Source: Zootoca vivipara (Eukaryota). Taken from it: a DNA stretch of 64,000 bases. Shown here piece by piece: positions 40,332 to 51,189 of this stretch; the first letter of the stretch is position 1, and every line of letters begins with the position of its first letter. Position numbers and translations under genes: made by a program. Location: positions 12,090,001-12,154,000 of the forward strand of contig NC_083294.1 in the NCBI RefSeq assembly GCF_963506605.1, in the 5' to 3' direction. The notes beneath the pieces are model-generated. The model ran no database searches. It was given only the letters and a program-made list of their open reading frames with translations, and had not been told where the DNA came from.

Positions 40332-43300
40332 AGACCTTTAAGATATACCCTTGTTGTGAGTTTGAAAACTTCCCTCTTCCTCTGGCATGGACTGACAGCA
40401 AGTAAGAAGGCAGGTAGGTTGGGGGTTGGCTGAGGGCATGGTGAGATTGGTGGGGGCAGTGCTCCATATGTCCAATGGACCAGCCACTACTAACCCTCCA
40501 AGGAAGCTGATCAATGGGCACACTCAGTCCTAACTGGGAAGTATTGGGGGGCAGGGAGCTTCCTCAATTTAGGATTTCTGCTCCCCTCCCCAAATATTTT
40601 TGTATTTCTGCAAACAATGGGGTTCCTCCGAACTTGCTTGGGGATACAGCTTCTGCTTTCTTGTGTCTGGGTGTTGTCATGTGGCTATAAAAGGATTGGC
40701 ACTTGACTCTGAACTTTGGAAATAAAGGAAATGTGAGCACTGAAATGCTTATCAACTCTTATGGTCTGTTATGAGCCATTAAAAAAAAAAGGCCTGGCAG
40801 CTTTTATAGGATAATCTCAGAGAAAGGTGCTATTTTGTCTACAAAGTGATCAATAAACATTGGCCACTCCAGTGAGGTGGGACAAAGTAGGCTAAAGGCA
40901 AAGTTTTAAAGAGGGAGAAAAATGAAGAGCTCCCTGCTGAGTTTCCACGTTTGCTAGTGTATATATATTCGATCACTTTAAAGGCAATAGTTCTTCAGCT
41001 GCATGCACACTTTTGCTCTCAGACAAACACAGATCCCACATCTAACACCAGTGCTACACGCCACTCCCATCTCCATGAGCTGTAAGAGATTCCTGGGGCT
41101 CCAGGTGTTTAGCCAAGGTTGTGTCTCCATTGGGAAGATCGAGGCACAGCAGAGGCTAGTATCTTTAATAAATATGGCTGATTAACACATATTTACACCT
41201 AGATATCTGCCATGGAGGGGTTGCTGAACATTATACCCCAGGAGTGTCTCTCATCATTGTCCCTCTCATATCTTCAGCAAACTTGGGTCCAAAACAGCAG
41301 CCAGTCATGGCTCCTGGCCTCCAGCCAGTGCCAAAGTGGTTCTGACCTCTACACACACACCCCATATAAAGTTCTGGCCTCCCCAGAAGCTCATGGAGAA
41401 CTAGCCTTTGCTCTCCTTCCCAGCACACCTCCTGCCAAAACCCCAAGCCTCCTGTGAAATTACACTTTTCCCTTTCACCTCACCGCCCCCTCCCTGTCAC
41501 TCCTGTTTTGCACAGACCTGAGAACCTTATTTGATGTATAGTACCTGGCCACTGTTTCATAATGGTTTGCATTCAACCAGCCAGGCCAGACTGGTTTGCA
41601 TAAGCTGGCCCATGGATTCCTTTTCTGACACAGTTCTGTAGCCTGCATTTCCCATTGGGTTTGGGGGAGGGGGGGTCTCCCCCTGACCAAACTCTTAACA
41701 ATATTCACCTAACCATCTTATTGGGAAGCGCTGTAGCTTAGCAGAAGAGCACCACCATTTTGCATGTAGGAAGTCCCAGGTTCAGTCCTTGGAACCTCAG
41801 GTAGGGCTGGGAGACACCTCTGCCTGAAACTCTGGATTGCTGCTACCGGTCAGTACTCGGGCTAGAGCAGGTATCCTGTGTTCCTGGAAAGCGCCATAGC
41901 TCAGTGGTAGAGCATCTGCTTTGCATGCGGAAGGTGCCAGGTTCTCCAATGGCATCTCCTAGTAGAGTTGAGAGACCCTTCTAAGTGAGGCTCTGGAGAG
42001 CTTCTGCTGGTCAGAGTAGACAGGGCAAGCTATATAAACCCTATCTTCATTCTTGAGATGTTTAGACTCGCCTTTACTTCATGCTTTGCTGTATGCGCAA
42101 AAGTTGGCAAAAGTTCTCAGATTCCTGGCACTTTCTAGAATTGCACGAAACATAAAATGGTTCGTTCCCCACTCCCTCTCCCCAAAAAAGTTACAGGTAT
42201 TATAGAACCAAGGAGAAAAAGTCTTGAAAAGGAGCAAATACTTACCACCCTTTCCACGTACAAATGGGGTACACTCCACTCCCCCATGAAAAGGTTCCCT
42301 TGTTTCAATTCAAGTTGTTCACTGCTCTGTCAACTTGGCACCACCAACTTCCCTGCAGACACCTCTCATCTGCATACAGGTAGACAGTTATCACAGGTAT
42401 GCAACTAACAGAAGATCTCCTCCCTCCAAGGCACAGTTTTCCCCAGGTCCTAAAGCTAGTACCTCTTAGTTTTGGGCGTAACACATAATGAGTGCATACA
42501 GACCAGGGCTTAATTCATTTGTACAGGTTCTGCAGAGAAGTCACACCTGGCTTGATCTCATCCCAGCAACATCAGAAGCTGCCTTACAGTACTTCAGGCA
42601 TATTGGTCCATCTAGGTCCACACTGATTAGCAGAGATTCTCCTAGGTTTTGAGCAGGAATCTCTCTTATCCTGAACTGGAGATGCTGAGGATTTAACCTA
42701 GGACCTTTTCAAATGTGAGACATGTACTCTGCTACTAAGATACATGCAACTGAACACACTACAGCTAAGTCCTACATGCAATCTATTATGCACTATGTGT
42801 GTCCCCCACTACTGTGCTCCTGTGCAAATTTTTTAAATGTGTTATAAACAAAAAATAAGGGCATGAAACATTTCCCAGCATGACAACAAAGCCTCCTGCA
42901 TATACAATATATGATGCTGCCATTTAGAAAACAGGAACCAGCAATCCTAATGGCAAATTCCTGCTGTCTGTGGATTGAGAGAGGCACTCTGGACATGCTC
43001 AAAAACCTCCCTCCACCTATTGTAACTAGCAGGTATGGATAGACAAACAAACCTATCAATTTTTGTTTCTCATTCTCTCCCTTTCCATTTTAAGTCTCCC
43101 TTTCCACATTGGTTTGTGATTTATTTATTTTTACGTCCTCCTGAAAATTCAGCAGCTTTTTGATGTAAATTATTGCTAATATAAACAGTTTGCTATGCAA
43201 TTTTGCCTGATATACACATTTTTGCAAAGCAATTTTCCCTTCATCTTTGTATCTTGTTTCCATTAATATAGACATCTTTATGCACACTTCAAGCCAATAT

Positions 43301-43729
43301 ATATAATTTTGTACACAACACTAGACTGGCGATCTGGCTTGCAAAATTCAGAGAAGAGCAAATTTCAAAGGGAGGCTGCGCTTCGATCCGCACTTGGTTT
43401 TGGAGAGTTCAAATCAGGTAGATTCATCTTTAAATGTGAGCAGAAACTAATTTCTCCCCCAGCCCTAGTCACAAGTTATGCTGACTGAGGGAGATGGAAA
43501 CTGTAGTCCATCAGCATGTCTAAGGCCATAGGTTTCCCACGCCTTTATATTAAACCCGCACCCCCAGATTTCCTCCTGCCTACCATGCATGTAAAAGTTA
43601 GTGCAGCGGATAAGATTCAAAGGCAGCACAGTAGCTAAACTATTATAATTATTGATATTTATTAAATCTGCATAGATACCACCCTTCATCCGAAGATCAC
43701 AGGGCGGATCACATAATAAAAGCAAGAGC

Positions 43730-43767
<38 letters not shown>

Positions 43768-44848
43768 AAGCCAATAACTCCCCTTCAACCAAACACATTT
43801 AAAAGAACATGGAATGTTAATCAGCCTGGCTAAAAAGAAAGCTTTTTGCCTGGTGCCTAAAAATATGTAGTGAAGCCGCCAGGCAAGCCTCACAAATTAG
43901 CAAAGTTTTGGCAAGTCCTAACCAGTAACTATGCAATAATGTTTGCACTGCTTCTTTTGGAAAGCAAAAGCAAGCTGGCTGTTTCCACTGAAAGTGGAGA
44001 TTCCCAGAATGAACCTCCCTTAAGGGTGCCCTATGCCCTGTTTTAAGTCGACCGCCTGCAACACCTGCACACCAAGCAAAAATTCAACAGGTTGAGCTAT
44101 TTCCAAGGAGAGGCTGGGGAAACGCAGCCTGCGATTTCCCCCGCTTCCAGCACACAGCGGTTCAGGAAGACCCAGTGCTTTTGGCCAGTTAAAAAGATAG
44201 CACAAAAGTAAAGCTGGTAAGAAAAACTTGGCAGTTCTAACGCCCCTGAGACTTCTTAGTCTCTCACATACACTTGGCTTGCTGTTTTCATGTGGTGTGA
44301 TCCCACGTGGCTGCAGTGTTATCTGTGTGGAATGGAGAACCTCAGTTGCCCTTTGTATAGCTGTTGGACCTCAGTTCCCATTGGCCCCAGCCAGCACCGC
44401 TGAAGATCAGGGATGATGGGAGCTGGAGCCCACCAACATCTGGAGGGCCACAGGTCTCCCAATTTCCGGAAGATATAGATGCTGCACTCAAATGGCTGGT
44501 CCGGTCCTGTGGACAGCTTTCACCCTCCTTCAAGGCCTTGTGGCAATTGGGTGGGGGAGACCACCAGTGGGTTAGTAAAAAACAGATGCATCACCTATTA
44601 AATGATAGCTTGTTGGTCCTACACAGAGTGGACCCACTTAAAATTATGGGCACAAGTTACTTGAGGAACAAACTGGGTTCAGACTTATGTCAAGCTCTGC
44701 TCATTCACAATGAATCTTAGGAGAGACTTCCTAACAGAAGAAGCTGCTTGATAGTAGAATAGACTTGCTCTTCTTTGGCGAAATTGTTTAGGCAGCATCT
44801 GGGTGGGAATCTTTCAGGGGTCTTGGACTTGGGAAAATTCCTGTCAGG

Positions 44849-45800
44849 TGTTATAAAAATTATATGGGGCGGGGGAGCAGGACACCATTATTAATGAACA
44901 GAGAGGGGTGACAGAATTTGACAGCTGCAACTACCCAGAATCCTGTTCAATGCCATCTTCCCGTCTCCTCACCCCTCCTGCTAGGACGCAACCCTGCCTG
45001 AAGGAACGCTTAAGTATCTGCATATGCACACATGTCTCAACATTAGCATAAGCTCACACATTTCCCTTCTCCACCTTCCCCTCCGCCCCAGACTCCGCCC
45101 CAGACTCGGGTTCACTACAGAACCCGATTCTCTCTGTATTAGAATTGCTGTTTTATGTCTCAGAAACTTTATATATCAGGACTACTACCTTTTGCATAGA
45201 ATTCTCTGTATTAGATATGTCTCCTGTAAAAGGAAATGCTGCATGAACCATGTATGACCCCAGCCCACCTGAACCTTGCCCCATCGCCATCCTGATTCAA
45301 AAGACACACATGGACAAAGATGGATTAACTGGGACAGTTTATTCAAACCTCCAGAAGTGTCACCTTTTACATAATCCCAGGGATCATCCTTGTGTGACCT
45401 GGGGGAAAACACCTGCCGGATGGACCCCAACCCCATGGCAATCGCCAGGAATGGCCCCACCTCAATTCCCATCTAGACTGATCAAACAAAGGGAAACCCA
45501 TCAACAACAGGAGGAGAGCGATTGACATCTCGCCATATGAAGAAATAGTCTTCTCTGCACCCAGTTAATCCCATCACCACCCATCCTCCTTGTCCTTCCC
45601 CTCCCTCCAAGTAAAGGGATTTTCACGTGGGGAGGTTCACCATTTCCTGGGGTCCTTCCTACATTCTTTGAGGCAGAGACCCTACAGCTGTAGTTCTTTC
45701 TTTTCTGTAATAAAAGGATCAGTTTGTTTTTCCTGACAGCATCGTGTGGTCTCTGTCATTTCCCGGCGGAGCTGAACTTAGTGCAAATTTTGGAGCCACA
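44849..45800 (+). mobile_element. Probable solo LTR
   Basis: Starts TGTTATAAAA, has AATAAA at ~45709 and ends GCCACA. No convincing TSD, so the boundaries are approximate. Confidence 0.4.
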
Positions 45801-46521
45801 GATACTGGAATGCCCATAGGTTAGGGTAGAACAGGGTGGGTTGGTGGGTGGGTGGAACTGAGGGAAGATGGTGGGAGGGGCTTAGCTGCAGGGTGCAGCC
45901 TCCCCCAGTTGACCTTGGGGAAGAGACCTATTGGGGATGGGGAGGACAAACACTGCATTTACAGCATGCATAACATCCCCCCACCATTGTTATGGCTGCT
46001 GGGAATTACGGTAGTAGCTCTGTGAGGAAATAAACTGGAATTACCAGGATCCTTTGGAGATGTGTGTTTTAAATGTATGGCATGTACACATGTAGATTCT
46101 CTTCTACCATAATAAGGATGATGGCAATAATAATGATTGTTTAATTATTTGTATCCCTTATCTGAGTTGCCTATCTTTGTCACCCAGCTCAAGCATGATA
46201 CCTCCTGTGTTATCTTATTTCTACACCCTGTTTGCTCATCCTCCCTGACTTCCTCTTTTTGGTCTGCTGCTAGACCAGAGCAACAGAGATTTTTCTCCAC
46301 AATAGCACACTTCGTTTGGTATTTCTTCCAAGGCTGCTATTATTTTTGCTTTTTCTGCTTTTTCCTTGCCCATTTGGGGAAACCCCAGACCAGAAGGTTT
46401 GCTGGAAGGCAAACAGCATCTCTGGGTGCAGAGGGAGTGGGAACAACTGGGCAAACAGCTCTGTGCCCTCCATCTCCATCTCCATCTCTCTCTGGGAGGG
46501 AAAGGCACACCTTGAGCCACC

Positions 46522-49500
46522 CTGGATCCCCGCATCAAAGAGCCGCTCCTCTGCAGGGAGCCTGGGGAAGATTATCAAACCTTCAAGGCGAAAGATGCTC
46601 AGCTGGCGGAGAAAGAATATTACAGGTAAAGTTTCTGCCTCTGCTAATTTCATCTCCCTTTTCCCCTTTCTTATGCCTAAAGGTACACCTTTCTTGCTTA
46701 CAACTCTTCCCCCTTAAATCCCACTTTCCTGGAATACTTTTGGCTTAAGCTGCTAGTCCTCATCCCGCACCAGATCCACACCATACTTTTAAAGCATATC
46801 TAACACATGTTTAAAGCACATGGGCTCACCCTCCCCCAAAGAATCCTGGGTACTGTAGTTTGTAAGGGTGTTGGGAATTGTGGCTCTGTGGAGGGAAAAC
46901 TATAGGTCCCAGGATTCTTGGTGGCCAGGGAGCTGACAGTTCCTGTACAAAACATCATGTACTTTGATAATGTGTTGTTTGTGTTGCTGTGATCCAGGAG
47001 TGGGAGAAAACATTTTCAGCCCGAGGCAAGGCATTCACTTCTGGCAAGGGTTACATGCCAGCGATAGCCAGATTTGCCAGTGGGCATAGCTGCCAAGTTT
47101 TCCCTTTTCTCGCGAGGAAGCCTATTCAGCACAAGGGAATTTCCCTTAAAAAAAGGGAGAACTTGGCAGCTATGCCAGTGGGCAAAGTAACACATGTAAA
47201 GCAAGAAGCCTGATAATATTGCAGATATTAATATTAGTTACAGGTAGGTAGCCGTGTTGGTCTGAGTCGAAGCAAAAATAAAAAAATTCCTTCAGTAGCA
47301 CCTTAAAGACCAACTAAGTTTTTATTTTGGTATGAGCTTTCGTGTGCAGTGTGCAGTGTGCATGCACACGAAAGCTCATACCAAAATAAAAACTTAGTTG
47401 GTCTTTAAGGTGCTACTGAAGGAATTTTTTTAGATATTAATATTGTGCAGTTGGAAGCAATTGGATGCATTAAAGCTAACTCCTCTTGGAATAAAACACT
47501 GTCCAGTCCCATAAGTATTGTTCAAAGCTTTACTAACCAAATCTTCTTTCAAAACAGGTACAAAAACATTAATGATACATCCAAAATAATTCCTTAGTCA
47601 TGTGCATGTTCCAGCACAGGTTTGGCTTCTTATAAAATATGAAACCAAGGGTCTGTCTCTCCCACAACCTCCATTACATTACAGCCTGGGGCTGTTTTCT
47701 CTTTATCAGAGACCTCATTACCACATCCTTTGTTATTGGCTGCTTAAGAACAATGTCTCAACTCACACAAAACAGAGACCCGCAGATTAAAGTATGCATA
47801 AAAGGTCATTCTATTCTATCTCTTTCATGTGATTTAAGTCAGTCACATGATAAATCAGAAGACATCAACAGTTAATTATCAACCTGCTAGAGAGCTCCTG
47901 TTGCTCTTCTTTAGTTTCAGTGGAAATTTCCAGTTCAACCCTTAGTAATATACATACAGGCATTCACAATTTCAGTGTCAATTAAACAAGTAACCTATAC
48001 TTAACACATAAGAGTTCAAGGACACATTTCAGCCAAGAAAAAGCACTAAAAGAGGTTGTGGCTTAGGAGGGGTGCGTGGCCTGGAGAATGTTCAGGGGGC
48101 CATACAGAGAAACTTGGAGGGTTGGATTCAGCCTGCATGGAGGGCAGGTCCATGGAGTTTAGGACGATAAGATGGGGCTGCAAAAGAGGAAAGCTCCATT
48201 CAACGATAGAACCAGTACCTGGCAACCCTGGGCAAGTTGCCAGGAGCCTGTGGTTGGTTGCAATATCATCAAGTAAATGATGTATTCTCAAAGGATAAAA
48301 AATAGGCTTTGAAGACAAAAGGTCTAAATTTCAAATAGAATTGTTGGAAGGTAGAATTAAATTGTTGTCAAAAATGTATGATTTGCTGTTAGAATGGTAT
48401 ACAAAGGATGAATTGACAAAAGATGTGATGATAAAATGGGCAAAATACTTTGGGCATAATATCGAATATGATGCGTGGTTGAAATTATGGAATCAAACAT
48501 TGAAGTTCACGGCATGTACCGCCCTGGAAGATGATGTATAGATGGTATTTAACACCAGCAAAGTTAGCTAAAATGTATAGGATGAGTAATAAAATGTGCT
48601 GGAAATGTAATGAGAAGGAGGGAGAGTTTTATCATATGTGGTGGAAGTGCGAAAAAGTTAAAAGATTTTGGTAATTGGTATATAATGAACTGAAAAAGAT
48701 TTTTAAGTATACCTTTCCCAAAAAACCTGAGGTTTTTGGGAAAGGTATACTTAGGACTTATTGGACAAGAGATTGCAAAGGAAGACTATATATATATACC
48801 GTGTTTCTCATATTTTAAGGCATCCCCAAAAAATAAGCCATGACAGGATTTCTAAGGGTTGGTGAAAAATAAGACATACCCCGAAAATAAGCCATGTCGT
48901 GTAGCCCTGACCGAGCGAGAGGCGAAGGCGCGGGACCCAGCAGGAGCTCCCTGCCTGCTTCCCCGAGCCGTCGCGCATCGGGGGACAGAGCCGAAGATCG
49001 GCGGGCGCTCCTTGCTGGGCTTGACAAGCCCGGCAAACAGCGCCCGCCGATCTTCGGACCTGTCCTGTGTGACAGGCGGGGGTGGGGGGGGAAGCGGAGA
49101 TCGTTCTCCGCTCTCCCCCCACCCCCGCCTGTCACCAAAGATCGGCGGGCGCTGCTTGCTGGGCTTGACAAGCCCGGCAAACAGCGCCCGCCGATCTTCG
49201 GACCTGTCCTGTGTGACAGGCGGGGGTGGGGGGGGAAGCGGAGATCGTTCTCCGCTCTCCCCCCACCCCCGCCTGTCACCAAAGATCGGCGGGCGCTGTT
49301 TGCTGGGCTTGACAAGCCCGGCAAACAGCGCCCGCCGATCTTCGGCCCTGTCCTGTGTGACAGGCGGGGGTGGGGGGGGAAGCGGAGATCGTTCTCCGCT
49401 CTCCCCCCACCCCCGCCTGTCACCAAAGATCGGCGGGCGCTGTTTGCTGGGCTTGACAAGCCCGGCAAACAGCGCCCGCCGATCTTCGGACCTGTCCTGT

Positions 49501-51124
49501 GTGACAGGCGGGGGTGGGGGGGGAAGCGGAGATCGTTCTCCGCTCTCCCCCCACCCCCGCCTGTCACCAAAGATCGGCGGGCGCTGTTTGCTGGGCTTGA
49601 CAAGCCCGGCAAACAGCGCCCGCCGATCTTCGGACCTGTCCTGTGTGACAGGCGGGGGTGGGGGGGGAAGCGGAGATCGTTCTCCGCTCTCCCCCCACCC
49701 CCTCCTGTCACCAAAGATCGGCGGGCGCTCCTTGCTGGGCTTGACAAGCCCGGCAAACAGCGCCCGCCGATCTTCGGACCTGTCCTGTGTGGCAGGCGGG
49801 GGTGGGGGAGAAGCGGAGATCGTGCTCCGCTCTCCCCCCATCCCCGCCTGTCACCGAAGATCGGCGGGCGCTCCTAGCTGGGCTTGACAAGCCCGGCAAA
49901 CAGCGCCCGCCGACCTGTGCTGTGTGACAGGCGGGGGTGGGGGAGAAGCGGAGATCGTTCTCCGCTCTCCGCCCACCCCCGCCTGTCACCGAAGATCGGC
50001 GGGCGCTCCTAGCTGGGCTTGACAAGTCCGGCAAACAGCGCCCGCCAACCTGTGCTGTGTGACAGGCGGGGGTGGGGGGGAAGCGGAGATCGTTCTCCGC
50101 TCTCCGCCCACCCCCGCCTGTCACCGAAGATCGGCGGGCGCTGTTTGCTGGGCTTGACAAGCCCGGCAAACAGCGCCCGCCGATCTTCGGACCTGTCCTG
50201 TGTGACAGGCGGGGGTGGGGGGGGAAGCGGAGATCGTTCTCCGCTCTCCCCCCACCCCCGCCTGTCACCAAAGATCGGCGGGCGCTCCTTGCTGGGCTTG
50301 ACAAGCCCGGCAAACAGCGCCCGCCGATCTTCGGACCTGTCCTGTGTGACAGGCGGGGGTGGGGGGGAAGCGGAGATCGTTCTCCGCTCTCCCCCCACCC
50401 CCGCCTGTCACCAAAGATCGGCGGGCGCTCCTTGCTGGGCTTGACAAGCCCGGCAAACAGCGCCCGCCGATCTTCGGACCTGTCCTGTGTGACAGGCGGG
50501 GGTGGGGGGGAAGCGGAGATCGTGCTCCGCTCTCCCCCCACCCCCGCCTGTCACCAAAGATCGGCGGGCGCTGTTTGCTGGGCTTGACAAGCCCGGCAAA
50601 CAGCGCCCGCCGATCTTCGGCCCTGTGCTGTGTGACAGGCGGGGGTGGGGGGGAAGTGGAGATCGTTCTCCGCTCTTCCCCCATCCCCGCCTGTCACCGA
50701 AGATCGGCGGTCGCTCCTAGCTGGGCTTGACAAGCCCGGCAAACAGCGCCCGCCGACCTGTGCTGTGTGACAGGCGGGGGTGGGGGAGAAGCGGAGATCG
50801 TTCTCCGCTCTCCCCCCATCCCCGCCTGTCACCGAAGATCGGCGGGCGCTCCTAGCTGGGCTTGACAAGCCCGGCAAACAGCGCCCGCCGACCTGTGCTG
50901 TGTGACAGGCGGGGGTGGGGGGAAGCGGAGATCGTTCTCCGCTCTCCGCCCACCCCCGCCTGTCACCGAAGATCGGCGGGCGCTGTTTGCTGGGCTTGAC
51001 AAGCCCGGCAAACAGCGCCCGCGTGCACTTTATTAAAAAATAAGACATCCCTCAAAAATAAGCCATGTCGTGTTTTTTTGAAGAAAAAATTAATATAAGA
51101 CATGACTTATAATATGAGAAACAC

Positions 51125-51189
<65 letters not shown>

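Noticed and set aside
40330-43060. Further minus-strand exon candidates for the TOR1AIP-like gene (e.g. GTAAGT donor near 42245, segments at 40340-40715, 41240-41350, 42920-43020)
   Set aside because: Most contain stops in the usable frames and I could not chain them in phase. They may be UTR exons, but this is unsupported without RNA data.
46595-46625. ATG at 46595 as the GLUT6 start codon
   Set aside because: It is in the wrong phase for exon 2 and terminates at a TAG within exon 2.
48990-51020. CRISPR-like appearance of the palindromic repeat array
   Set aside because: There are no unique spacers or cas genes, and the DNA is vertebrate; it is a minisatellite.
48808-51048. Long overlapping ORFs (313-342 aa) on both strands
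   Set aside because: They result from a GC-rich, stop-poor 144-bp (multiple of 3) tandem unit and show no protein-like features.
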